Positions 51,143 to 63,974 of a stretch of 64,000 bases of DNA are shown one piece after another. The stretch is from NCBI RefSeq assembly GCF_006345805.1, contig NW_021832580.1:1-64000 (forward strand), given 5' to 3'. The translations under genes and the position numbers were made by a program. Numbering within the stretch: position 1 is the first letter of the stretch; each line of letters opens with the position of its first letter. The DNA is from Octopus sinensis (taxonomy: Eukaryota). The notes under the pieces are model-generated. The model saw only the letters and a list, made by a program, of their open reading frames with translations. It was not told the DNA's origin and ran no database searches.

Positions 51143-52301
51143 GGCGGCGAGCTGGCGGAATCGTTAGTACGCCGGGCGAAATGCGTAGCCGTATTTCGTC
51201 TGCCGTTACGTTCCGAGTTCAAATTCCGCCGAGGTCGACTTTGCTTTTCATCTTTTCGGGGTCGATGAATTAAGTACCAGTTACCCACTGGGGTCGATGT
51301 AATCGGCTTAGTCCGTTTGTCTGTCCTTGTTTGTCCTCTCTGTGTTTAGCCCCTTGTGGGTAATAAAGAAATAGGTATTTCGTCTGCCGTTACATTCTGA
51401 GTTCAAATTCTGCCGAGGTCGACTTTGCTTTTCATCCTTTTGGGGTCGATAAATTAAGTACCAGTTACCCACTGGGGTCGATGTAATCGACTTAGTCCGT
51501 TTGTCTGTCCTTGTTTGTCCCCTCTATGTTTAGCCCCTTGTGGGTAGTAAAGAAATAGGTATTTCGTCTGCCGTTACATTCTGAGTTCAAATTCTGCCGA
51601 GGTCGACTTTGCTTTTCATCTTTTCGGGGTCGATGAATTAAGTACCAGTTACCCACTGGGGTCGATGTAATCGGCTTAGTCCGTTTGTCTGTCCTTGTTT
51701 GTCCTCTCTCTGTGTTAGCCCCTTGTGGGTAAAAGAAATAGGTATTTCGTCTGCCGCTACGTTCTGAGTTCAAATTCTGCCGAGGTCGACTTTGCTTTTC
51801 ATCCTTTATCCTTTCGGGGTCGATAAATTAAGTACCAGTTACCCACTGGGGTCGATGTAATCGACTTAATCCGTTTGTCTGTCCTTGTTTGTCCTCTCTG
51901 TGTTTAGCCCCTTGTGGGTAATAAAGAAATAGGTATTTCGTCTGCCGCTACGTTCTGAGTTCAAATTCCGCCGAGGTCGACTTTGCTTTTCATCCTTTCA
52001 GGGTCGATAAATTAAGTACCAGTTACGCACTGGGGTCGATGTAATCGACTTAGTCCGTTTGTCTGTCCTTGTTTGTCCCCTCTGTGTTTAGCCCCTTGTG
52101 GGTAGTAAAGAAATAGGTATTTCGTCTGCCGCTACGTTCCGAGTTCAAATTCCGCCGAGGTCGACTTTGCTTTTCATCCTTTTGGGGGTCGATAAATTAA
52201 GTACCAGTTACCCACTGGGGGTCAATGTAATCGACTTAATCCCTTTGTCTGTCCTTGTTTGTCCCCTCTGTGTTTAGCCCCTTGTGGGTAGTAAAGAAAT
52301 A
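51143..52301 (+). mobile_element. SINE family B tandem array (one head + 6 units of 183-191 bp)
   Basis: Unit starts at 51191, 51375, 51559, 51742, 51933 and 52117. Confidence 0.95.
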
Positions 52302-53677
52302 TATAAATATGGATGGTAAGTCAAATTAATACTCATGTCAATGTTATCTAGTGGTTGTCTTTTGAGATCAACGTTTGTTACTGAAAGAATGCTGGTTCAC
52401 ACATACAGGCATTCACATGTTTCCCTTGTACACGCATACACATATACACATACACTCACACAGAGTTGAAACGCTGTTTGATGTTTCTTTTCAGTGTTGA
52501 ATGTTCACCATCCCATTTCCATTGCACACACACATTCACATACCTCCCTTTTACATACATACACACACATATACTCACACAGTGTTGAAACGCTCCCACT
52601 ACCAGACCAGTTTGCCTTCAACCCCTTCCTTCCTAATTCATCTATCACCCTTTCCTTTCTCATTCATATGTTGTGACGGAGAAAAACACAAGAGTATTAT
52701 TATAGTAGATTGTTTAGGGTAGCAAGCTGGCAGAATTGTTAGCACAGTGGGCAAAATGCTTAGCTGCATTTCGTCTGCCGTTACGTTGTGAGTTCAAACT
52801 CTGCCGAGGTCGACTTTGCCTTTCATACTTTTGGGGTCGATAAATTAAGTACCAGTTATGCACTGGGGGTCAATGTAATCGACTTAATCCCTTTGTCTGT
52901 CCTTGTTTGTCCCTTCTATGTTTAGCCCCTTGTGGGCAATAAAGAAATAAGAATTGTTAGCACAGTGGGCAAAATGCTTTGCGGCATTTTGTCTGTCTTT
53001 ACTTTCTGAGTTCAAATTCCATCAAGGTTGTCTTTGCTTTTCGTCCTTTCAGGATCGATAAAATAGGGACCAGTTGAGCACTGGGGTCAATGTAATTGAC
53101 TTAACACCTCCCCCAAATTTACTGGCCTTGTGCCAGGTGTGGCTGTAAGGTAAGAAGCTCGCCTCCCTACCTTATGGTTCTGGGTTCAGTTCTACTGTGT
53201 GGTACTTAGGGCAAGCGTCTTCTACTCTAGCCTTGGGCTGACCAAAGCCTTGTGAGCCAATTTGGTAGACAGGAACTAGAAAAAGCCTATCGCATACCGG
53301 CACAGGGGCCAGAGCAGACTGGCAAACAGCCATGTAAAAGCACCAACCGATCGTGGCCGTTTGCCAGCCTGCTCTGGCCCCTGTGCCAGTGACACGTAAA
53401 AAACACCCACTACACTCACGGAGTGGTTGGCGTTAGGAAGGGCATCCAGCTGTAGAAACACTGCCAAATCAGACCAGAGCCTAGTGCAGCCTCCATGGAT
53501 TTCCAGACCCCGGTCGAACTGTCCAACCCGTGCTAGCATGGAAAACGGACGTTAAATGATGATGATGATGATATATATATATATATATATATTGATAGAA
53601 ATGGTAAGACAACAAAAGAATGAAAGAGACCTCGATATTATGTAAATAGAGGAATTTGTCTGTAAATATATATGTAG

Positions 53678-53828
53678 CAATTATTCAGTAGCCATGATAA
53701 AACTCCGAGTTTCGGATGTTGGGACAGAATGGGCCATCGAAAAAATTTTTCAATGGCCCGATAACTGAAGAGATGCCGCGTGGGTTTCTGCCCCGACATC
53801 CGAAACTCAGATGGCTACCGAATAATTG
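53678..53828. ncRNA. Second hammerhead palindrome, each arm with a different deletion
   Basis: Outer arms CAATTATTCAGTAGCCAT / ATGGCTACCGAATAATTG; plus arm keeps CUGAAGA..GAAA (53765-53805); minus arm keeps GAAA-cucggag-UU-uuauc. Confidence 0.55.
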
Positions 53829-54557
53829 TCACATACATATATCTGAGTTTGTGTCTGTGTTTGTATCTTCACCACTGCTTAACAACTTGTGTTGGTGTGG
53901 TTGTGTTCCCATAACTTAGCAGTTCAGCAAGAGATATCGATAAAATAAGTATCAGGCTTAAAAAACAGAAATTAATGGGGGTCAATTCATTTGACTAAAC
54001 ATTCTTTAAGGCTGTGCCCCAGCATGGCCTCATTTTAATGACTGAAACATCATCATCATCATCATTATCATCATTTAACGTCTGCTTTCCATGCTAGCAT
54101 GGGTTGGACGGTTTGACTGTGGGCTGGCGAACCAGATGGCTGCACCAGGCGCCAGTCTTGATCTGGCAGAGTTTCTACAGCTGGATGCCCTTCCTAACGC
54201 CAACCACTCTGAGAGTGTAGTGGGTGCTTTTACATACCACCAGCACGGGGGCCAGTCAGGCGGTACTGGCAACGACCTTGCTCGAATTTTTTTGGTAAAA
54301 GATAAAAGTTCATCGTTATTCTGATGCTATACAGAATAGGTTTAATTATATTTCCTATTGAACCACCACAATCAAGTGTTCGTTAACCCATTAACTGCCA
54401 AATTTTTGAGAGAGCAGTGCATGCCATCAAAGTGACTCAGGGGGTACCAATGCTCAGTATACCCATCATGACTGTCCGCCTGATAAGGGTACATAAGGCA
54501 CATGCATCACAACCATATGTACGCAACATAGTGATTTCATATCAAGATAAACAGCGC

Positions 54558-55220
54558 ATGACCTTGCAGGTGGGGCCCAGTTAGAATTCTCTTCAGATCA
54601 AGTAGCCCATCTCACTCAAAAGGTCCCTGAATAAGTGTTGTTTAAGGATGTTGAACGAAACACCCATGTCTCCAGAGGTGAATTATCCAAACCCCAAAGA
54701 ATTCTTCTCAACACGTGGCTATGATGTTCCCCAACTACTTCTGCTTGTGATCAGAGATGCACATATCGTCAGCCACTAAGGGACATGGTCAACTGGCTAC
54801 GGTCAAACAACTGACAAGCAAATCTGTAGTATTGAGCAGAATATTTGCTGTAGCCCATCTTTTATACCAAAACATGTACATGATTTTGTTTTGGTGTGTG
54901 TTGAAGCTAGCTCCTGCAGAGGGCTGTGACAAATGTTCTGCTCAATACCACAGATTTGCTTGTCAGTTGTTTGACCGTAACCAGTTGAGCATGTCCCTTA
55001 GTGGCTGATGATATGTGCATCTTTGATTATGAGCAGAAATAGTGGGGGAGCATCATAGCCATGTGTTGAGAGGGATTATTTGGGGTTTGGATAATTCACC
55101 TTTGGAAATATAGGTGTTTTGTTCATCATCCTTAAACAACCCTTATTCAGGGACCTTTTGTGTGGGATGGGCTATTCGACCTGAAGAAAAATTCTAACTG
55201 GTCCCCACCTGCATGGTCAT
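54558..55220. repeat. Long inverted repeat (about 290-bp arms, 84-nt spacer)
   Basis: 54558-54846 is reverse-complementary to 54931-55220 along its length, with scattered mismatches. Confidence 0.9.
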
Positions 55221-55354
55221 CATCATCATCATTATTATTATTACCTCTTCCTATCGAGAGTCCCAGATGAGCCTACCTCACGGCAAGAGGTGCAAATGAG
55301 GGTAGCTATATCAAACTCCATTCTTCATCAAGTGCCACATATTAGAGGAGGCTC

Positions 55355-55895
55355 CTAGTTAGTTTGTTAGTTAATTTTTTGGCTCAAAAAGCAAAAAGCA
55401 AGGCCATGTACTTCCCGAATGTACAGGGTGGTGTTCATGTAAAGAATTCAGGCCACTTGTGGTCAAGGGAGACTTTGAACCGAGCGGTCGTCGGCATCTT
55501 CACCATCTCGTCCGGCAGCTTATTCCACGGATCCGCAACCCGGACGGAGAAAGCCCCTCTCCTTCGATTGAGATGAAATCGTCGCAGATAGAGCTTTTCG
55601 GAATGACCCCGTAGCCGACGCTCTGGAGCAGGAGTGAAGAACAGCTCTTTCGAGAGGTTATACTTTCCGCTTATGATGTTGTGAGCAAGAATGAGATCAC
55701 CACGGCATCGTCGTTTTTCTAGAGAATAAAGGTCGAGCGTCTTCAGCCTTTTTTCATAAGACAAATTCTTCAGACCAAGAACCATGCGGGTAGCCAGCTT
55801 CTGGACTCTTTCGAGATGCTGTATGTCTTTGAGGAGATAAGGAGAAGAGGCTTGAATCCCGTACTCCAATATGGGTCTCACCAGTGTAAACAGTA
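55355..55895 (-). mobile_element. CR1-clade LINE 3' end
   Basis: RPILEYGIQASSPYL.KDI.HLERVQKLATR...YEKRL..LDLYSLEKRR.RGDLI...LRGHS..L...AFSVRV...WNKLP; ORF fragment still open. Confidence 0.92.
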
Positions 55896-56329
55896 TAGCG
55901 CAATACGGCGGTGCATCAGCATGGCCGCAGCTCTGAGCTGAAACTTTATAAAAAAGAAAACATTTAATTATTATTTACTCTAAACAAGTTGTAAATGAGT
56001 CCCCGATACAGTATCGTTCAACACACCTGCTCGATGTTCCTACACCTGTCTTCATCTTTTGTCTTTCTGTAAATTTCAACTCTGTGTGTTTGTGTGTGTG
56101 TAAGACAGGGCGTAAATAATACTCTTTTACTTGTTTCAGTCATTCGACTGCGGCCATGCTGGAGCACCGCCTTTAGTCGAGCAAATCGACCCCAGGACTT
56201 ATTCTTTGTAAGCCTAGTTAGTACTTATTCTATCGGTCTCTTTTGCCGAACCGCTAAGTTGCGAGGACATAAATACACCAGCATCAGTTTTGAAGCGATG
56301 TGGGTGCGGGGACAAACACAGACATAACA

Positions 56330-56379
<50 letters not shown>

Positions 56380-56932
56380 GACAGGCTTCTTTCAGTTTCC
56401 GTCTACCAAATCTACTCACAAGGTTTTGGTCGGCCTGAGGCTATAGTAGAAGACATTTGCCCAAGGTGCCACGCAGTGGGACTGAACCAGGAACCATGTG
56501 GTTTGTAAGCAAGCTACTTACCACACAGCCACTCCTACGCCTATATAGGTCATTATATACTTTTTCTTTATTGTAATAAACTTGACTTACAACCGTTTCC
56601 AGTAGTCATTACAGGTTCATTATTTATAAGTTGAGTTCCGCCGAGGTTGATCAGTTCTGGACTGTAGTAGAAGAGATACTTGCCCAAGGTGCTATACTTT
56701 GAGTCCGTACCCTGTAACTAAGTGGTTGGAAAGTAAGGTTCTTGACCACACAACCAATATCTTTGTGCGTGTGCGTGAGTGTATATTCTTTTACTTGTTT
56801 CAGTCATGTGACCGTGGCCATTCTGGAACACTGCCTTAAAGGGTTTTTTTAGTTGAAGAAATTGACCCAAAGACTTATGGTGGGTGGCCAAACACAAAGA
56901 CATACACACACACAACACATATATATATATTA

Positions 56933-56964
<32 letters not shown>

Positions 56965-57100
56965 CACTACATACATCATATATATATTATATATATATAT
57001 ATATATATATTTATAGTAATAATTTGAGGGAATATTATTCCTAACTTACAGGGAAAAATTCAATTTAGAAATACTAAATCAAATTTCACAAAATATAATA

Positions 57101-57517
57101 TATATATAAAAATTAGAAAAAAACTCGCCTTTTATCAATTTAAAATGAACAATTAAATTACACCATTTAGACAATTACATATAATAGAAATATAATAAAT
57201 AATAAAATAAGAATAATATACTGATGATTAAGTAAATTGCAAAATTATTATTTTGCAATTTACTTAATCATTGGTATATTATTATTATTTTATTGGTATA
57301 ATATTACTCTTTTTTACTCTTCTACTTGTTTCAGTCATTTGACTGCGGCCATGCTGGAGCACCACCTTTAATCGAGCAACTCGACCCCAGGACTTATTCT
57401 TTTGTAAGCCCAGTACTTATTCTATCGGTCTCTTTTGCCGAACTGCTAAGTAACGGGGACATAAACACACCAGCATCGGTTGTCAAGCAATGCTAAGGGG
57501 ACAAACCAGACACACAA

Positions 57518-57556
<39 letters not shown>

Positions 57557-57858
57557 ATATATATATATATATATACTATATACGACAGGCTTCTTTCAGT
57601 TTCTGTCTACCAAATCCACTCACAAGGCATTGGTTGGGCCGGGACTATAGCAGAAGACACTTGCCCAAGATGCCACGCAGTGGGACTGAACCCGGAACCA
57701 TGTGGTTGGTTAGCAAGCTACTTACCACACAGCCACTCCTGCGCCTTATTATTATTTTATTTTTTATATTTCTATTATATGTAATTTTCTAGATGGTGTA
57801 ATTTAATTGTTCATTTTGAATTGATAAAAGGTGGTTTTTTTCTAATCTTTATATATAT
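57101..57858. repeat. AT-rich fold-back element whose right arm is split by a SINE A
   Basis: Left arm 57101-57245, TATT loop, right arm 57250-57294 plus 57746-57858; SINE flanked by TTATTATTATTTTATT duplicates (57279-57294, 57746-57761). Confidence 0.8.
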
Positions 57859-58399
57859 GATGGGCTTCTTTCAGTTCCTTTCTTCTAGATCTACTCACCA
57901 GGCTTTGGTCAGCCCAAAGCTATTGTAGAAGACACTTACCCCAGGTGCCACACAGTGGGACTGAACCCTGAACCATGTAGCTGAGAAGCAAGCTTCTTAC
58001 CACACAACCATGACTGCACCTATCTATCTATATATGTGTGTGTGTGTGTGTTGAAGCTAGCACCTGCAGAGGGCTAATTGGACCTGTAGCCCAAAACTAA
58101 ATACGTCCATAATGACTGTATGCCCTGGTGGAGTTTGATCAGAGGTTAAGGATGGATGAGAATTAATTCTGTAATGCAATCATTCTATTGTTCCAGTCCC
58201 AAGCTGAATTCCAACTGTTGGCCAATTTGTCCCAAAGTTCTTATCACAACTTAAAATTAATGAAGTGAATGTCATCTATCTTCCCAACCTGATTTTTGAT
58301 ATCATCTGACAAACACTGACCAAGATGGCATGAACCAGCCAAGCTTTACCTGCTAGAAATAGCAACCCAAATGCTTTTAAATCAGGTCCCAATGCTGGG

Positions 58400-58548
58400 T
58401 ATTCGAGAGCCAAATGATGGCAGAGTTTCAATCCCGGGATCATCCTGATTCCAAAAAGGTAGAATATGTCTATACAGAGCAAATGTAGACCGAGATACAG
58501 GGAACCCAAACACACAGACAGACAGAATTTCACTTTTATTATTATAGA
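58400..58548 (-). mobile_element. Helitron-like 5' end fragment
   Basis: A|TCTATAATAATAAAAGTGAAATTCTGTCTGTC on the minus strand; no 3' hairpin or CTRR found; left boundary arbitrary. Confidence 0.4.
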
Positions 58549-58664
58549 TATATATATAATCATCTTTTAATGTCCCTCTTCTATGCTGGTGTGAGTTAGA
58601 GTTTGACAGATTCCAACAGGTTCTAGGTCTGAATGGTTCAGCTTGGTTTCTTATTTCATTACTG

Positions 58665-59340
58665 CCCACAAGGGGTTACACAGAGGGGACAAACAAGGAC
58701 AAATGGATTAAGTTGATTATATCGACCCCAGTGCGTAACTGGTACTTATTTAATTGACCCCGAAAGGATGAAAGCCGGGCGAGATGCTTAGCGGTATTTC
58801 ATCTGCCGCTACGTTCTGAGTTCAAATTCCGCCGAGGTTGACTTAGCCTTAATCCTTTCAGGGTCGATTAAATAAGTACCAGTTACGCACTTGGGTCGAT
58901 GTAATCAACTTAATACCTTTGTCTGTCCTTGTTTGTCCTCTCTGTGTTTAGCCCCTTGTGGGTAGTAAAGAAATAGGTATTTCGTCTGCCGCTACATTCT
59001 GAGTTCAAATGCCGCCAAGGTCGACTTTGCCTTTCATCCTTTCGGGGTCAATAAATTAAGTACCAGTTACGCACTTGGATCGATGTAATCGACTTAATAC
59101 CTCTGTCTGTCCTTGTTTGTCCCCTCTGTGTTTAGTCCCTTGTGGGTAGTAAAGAAATAGGTATTTCGTCTGCTGTTACGTTCTGAGTTCAAATTCCGCC
59201 GAGGTCGACTTTGCCTTTCATCCTGTCGGAGTTGATTAAATAAGTACCAGTTACGCACTGGGGTTGATGTAATCGACTAAATCCGTTTGTCTCTCCTTGT
59301 TTGTCTCCTCTGTGTTTAGCCCCTTGTGGGTAATAGAGAA
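58665..59340. mobile_element. SINE B array (+, 3 units) preceded by an inverted partial unit
   Basis: Minus-strand partial unit joins directly at GAAAGGATGAAA|GCCGGGCGAG to a plus-strand head remnant. Confidence 0.85.
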
Positions 59341-59453
59341 ATATATGTGTGCGTGTATATGATGACTCTACTCTTAAGATCGTCGTTGAATGTCGAAAGA
59401 ATTCTTTTTTCAGCTGACTCTTACAGCTTTCTGGGTTTCTTGTCAACTTATGT

Positions 59454-59505
<52 letters not shown>

Positions 59506-59628
59506 TTGAGAGAGAGAGAGAGAAATTGAGAGAAAGAAAGAGAGAGAGAGAGTGAGAGAGAAAGAAAAAGAAAGATGTGTGACTATGTCTGAACAAGTTT
59601 CAAAGGTTGAAAACATGAAGTCACTTTC

Positions 59629-59935
59629 GGTACTACTAGCGAACAGTGGAACCGGTGCGCGCACTCGCGCATCCGCGCTAGCTAGTCGTAAGTAGTCGAT
59701 CCTACAACGACTTGCACGTATGTTTGTATTTCAAGGCTGAATACATATCAAAGAAAATTAAATAATATTTTTCGAACAAAGTAAATAATTTTTTTAAACT
59801 AAGTAAATAAATTATTTTTATAAACAAACTAGGGTTAGGGTTAAAAAATTAGGTTTAGGATCGACTACTTGCGATTAGCTAGTGCATGCGGATGCGCGAG
59901 TGCGCGCACCGGGACCACTGTTCGCTAGTAGTACC
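59629..59935. mobile_element. MITE with about 78-bp GC-rich TIRs and internal TTAGGG repeats
   Basis: GGTACTACTAGCGAACAGTGG..GCGCGCACTCGCGCATCCGC..AGTAGTCGATCCTA at both ends, inverted; no clear TSD. Confidence 0.85.
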
Positions 59936-60495
59936 TATTTCTTTATTTCCCACAAGGGGCTAAACATAGAGGGGACAAACAAGGACAGACAAACGGATTA
60001 AGTCGATTATATCGACCCCAGAGGGTAACTGGTACTTAATTTATCGACCCCGAAAGGACGAAAGGCAAAGTCGACCTCGGCGGAATTTGAACTCAGAACG
60101 TAACGGCAGACGAAATACCTATTTCTTTACTACCCACAAGGGGCTAAACACAGAGAAGACAAACAAGGACAGGCAAACGGATTAAGTCGATTATATTGAC
60201 CCTAGTGCGTAACTGGTACTTATTTAATCGACCCCGAAAGGATGAAAGGCAAAGTCGACCTCGGCGGAATTTGAACTCAGAACGTAACGACAGACGAAAT
60301 ACCTATTTCTTTACTACCCACAAGGGGCTAAACACAGGGGATAAACAAGGACAGGCAAACGGATTAAGTCGATTACATCGACCCCAGTGCGTAACTGGTA
60401 TTTATTTAATCGACCCCCGAAAGGATGAAAGGCAAAGTCGACCCCGGCTGAATTTGAACTCAGAACGTAACGGCAGACGAAATACCGCCAAGCAT
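59936..60495 (-). mobile_element. SINE B tandem array (3 units)
   Basis: Reverse complement of the 184-bp unit; tail-to-tail with the 58775-59340 array. Confidence 0.9.
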
Positions 60496-61087
60496 TTCGT
60501 TCTACTACGGATTTTAAAACCTTTCACTAGAAAATATTTATTGTATGTCTCTTAACCCCACCACTATTAGACGTGTGTGTGTGTGTGTCTACGTATCCTT
60601 TACTAGTTCCATTTCTATAATTAAGGGATCGCCCGAAAAGTCAGCCTACTTCTTATTCGCTTGTCCCCTCTATTTTTCGGCTTACAATTCCTTTTTATTC
60701 CTGTAACCGCATTTGCATTTTGCCCATCACGTTTCCAACTTTTGTCTTCTCGCCATAAACCTCCCACATCGTCCGTCTCTCCTATTCCTCTCTTCACTCG
60801 TTCCATTTGCGCTCAATGGTCTTCAGAAGTAAATACGTAAATTAGCCGGCAGAACTGAAAGAAAAAAATAAGAATTGTTAATAGTGAAGCCGAATCATCA
60901 AATCAACATTTTAATCGTTTTAATATCTATTTTTTTATTGCTCATAAGGGGCTAAACATAGAGGGGACAAACAAGGACAGATATAGGTATTAAGTCGATT
61001 ATATCGACTCCCAGTGCGTAACTGGTACTTTATTTATCGACCCCGAAAGGATGAAAGGCGAAGTCGACCTCGCTCTCTCGCTCTCTC

Positions 61088-61119
<32 letters not shown>

Positions 61120-61650
61120 CGGTCGATTAAATAAGTACCAGTTACGCACTGGGTCGATATAATCGACTTAATCCGTTTGTCTGTCCTTGTTTGTCCCCTC
61201 TGTGTGTAGCCCCTTGTGGGCAGTAAAGAAATAAGATAGATAGATAGCTAGATAGATATATGGACAGATAGATAGATAATAAATAGATAGATAGATAGAT
61301 ATATGGACAGATAGATAGATAGAGGGACAGATAGATAGATAGAGGGACAGATAGATAGATAGGAAGAGGGATAGATAGATAGATAGATAGAAGATAGATA
61401 GATAGATAGATAGAAAGAGGGACAGACAGATAGATAGAGGGACAGATAGATAGATATGTTTCTTTATTAGCCACACAGGGCTGCACACAGATAGAACAAA
61501 TTACAAGGTAGAGCTTTTCTTTTGAAGGTTTAAAAAAAAAAAAAAAAGGAAGGGGGAGTTTCGATCAAAAGGGATCGTAAAAGGAGAGAAAGAGGACAAA
61601 AAAAGGGGGAGAGGAAAAAAAAAGATAGATAGATAGATAGAAAGAGGGAC

Positions 61651-61717
<67 letters not shown>

Positions 61718-62832
61718 AAGAGGGACAGATAGATAGATAGATAGATAGATAGATTGATAGATAGAAAGAGGGATAGATAGATAGATATATAGGTGCATGT
61801 ATTCACTGGGCTAACGCGCAAACCTTGCAGTCGAGTGTGTTCGGTTTACATTAATAAGGCGCGATTTTTATATATTTAGTAAAGACACCAGAAGTGCGCA
61901 GAATAGCTTCGCATATTTTTATACAGCTTTCTCACACTCGATACTAATTTTACCTCGCTTTCTCTCAGTTCTTTCTCTCTCTCTGTCTTTCCCGTGACTG
62001 GCGCACTTCTCGGCCCTTAGGCAGTCAAACATTCCCCCTACTAATCTGTCCTCCGTTACCGGCAAAAGTGCTGCGTTATATATATATGTTGGGACTTGTC
62101 CAGACGTTGGTGTCTTCGGACCAATATTTTATCTGCCTCTTCTGCACAGACGGTTGAGAGAGAGAGAGCGTTACTGTGAACATACGGGTGGATGTGAAAA
62201 AAGAAAGAAGAAAAAAACTATTGTAAAGCATGTGGAGTTGTTTTTTGTTGTCTTTTCTTTTCCTTTTGTTGCGCGTTTCTTTACAACTGCGCTTTCTCAC
62301 CATCGAAATGTACCCGACTAAAAAAAACAAAAAACTGGCGCATTAGATCTACGTACGTACCCGTAAGTAACTAACACACGCACTCCTATGTACATCCAGG
62401 AGTAGTTGAAAGCGCTAATATGAAGAGATAATATGTGATAAGTAAATAAATATATATTTTTACAACCATCCAGCATTCTGAACACCTTTTTCATTTTATA
62501 TATATGTGTGTGTGTGTGTATGTATGTGTGTGTGTATGTGTGTGTGTATGTATGTGTGTGTGTGTGTTGTATGTGTGTATGTGGTGTGTGTGTGTATGTG
62601 TGTGTGGTGTGTGTGTATGTGTGTGTGTGCGCGCGCATAAACGCACGTGCGCGTACGTGCGAAGTGGCTGGCCGCTCGTGTCCAAGAAAGACCATCCATC
62701 ACTCACTCTTAAAATAATTGTACTTCCGATTTGAAAGAGTCAAGTGGACTCTTTTAAGCCCGCAGCCATCCTCTTGCATGTTAATAAATATATATGTATA
62801 AGTGAGTGTCTGTCTACCCGTCTGTCTGTCTG

Positions 62833-62881
<49 letters not shown>

Positions 62882-62883
62882 CA

Positions 62884-62918
<35 letters not shown>

Positions 62919-63634
62919 CTGTCTGTCTGTCTATGTATCTGTCTGTCTGTCTATGTATCTGTCTGTCTGTCTATGTATCTGTCTGTCTGTCTATGTATCT
63001 ATCTGTCTGTCTATGTATCTATCTATCTATGTGTCTATCTTTGTATCTATCTATCTATGTATCTATCCATCTATCTATCTGTCTGTCTGTCTATCTATCT
63101 ATCTATCCCTCTTTCTCTTCTCTCTGTTATGCGCGCGTGTGTGTTTTGCTGTATTTGTACACCACGTATCACGTATTGAGTTCTCTTTCATATTCGTAAC
63201 CACTGATCAGGAATGTGACCTACCGTCACCACCACCACCACCACCCACTCACTACAAATGCACGCACTCCACACAAAAACACGTCCACGAATTGCCGGAA
63301 TAGTTAAATACAGTTGCGTATCAGAAAAAGGAAAAACCTGTGTCTCTACGCTGTGAACTTTTAACTGTGCAAGTTTATTATCATACGCGCATTTATATTT
63401 TGAAGCAAATCCACTTTTTAAATGTCCTCGCTTTCTATATACACACACAACACACAACACACACTCACGTATGTGTGTGCATGCGTAACCCTGCTTTTAT
63501 TACCTGGCTTTTTTTTTTATTTTGTATCTGCGCAAAATCTGTGGCGCACTTGACTGTTGATTTAAAAAGCGGGCACTGTACAATACTTTTTCTACTGTTC
63601 TCTCTCTCTCTCTCTCTCTCTCTCCTCCTCTCTC

Positions 63635-63688
<54 letters not shown>

Positions 63689-63915
63689 GTATATATATAT
63701 ATAATATTTTTACTGAGATCTCCCTTTAGTAGAAAGAATAGCTATAACTCTTTGACTGCTATTTCTAAATTCGTGTGGGTGGGAGGCAAATCGTTGCTAA
63801 ACCCTTAATTACTTAGTATTACTTAAACTTTCCTCGAATGAGGCTTTTACATGCCGAAATCTACTTGGTGAAATTAATGATTATTCCAATTAATTAATTT
63901 CACCCTATATTATTA

Positions 63916-63974
<59 letters not shown>

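Noticed and set aside
60792-60832. Hammerhead-like motif on the minus strand (CUGAAGA ccauu..aaugg)
   Set aside because: GAAA and the NUH triplet are not intact.
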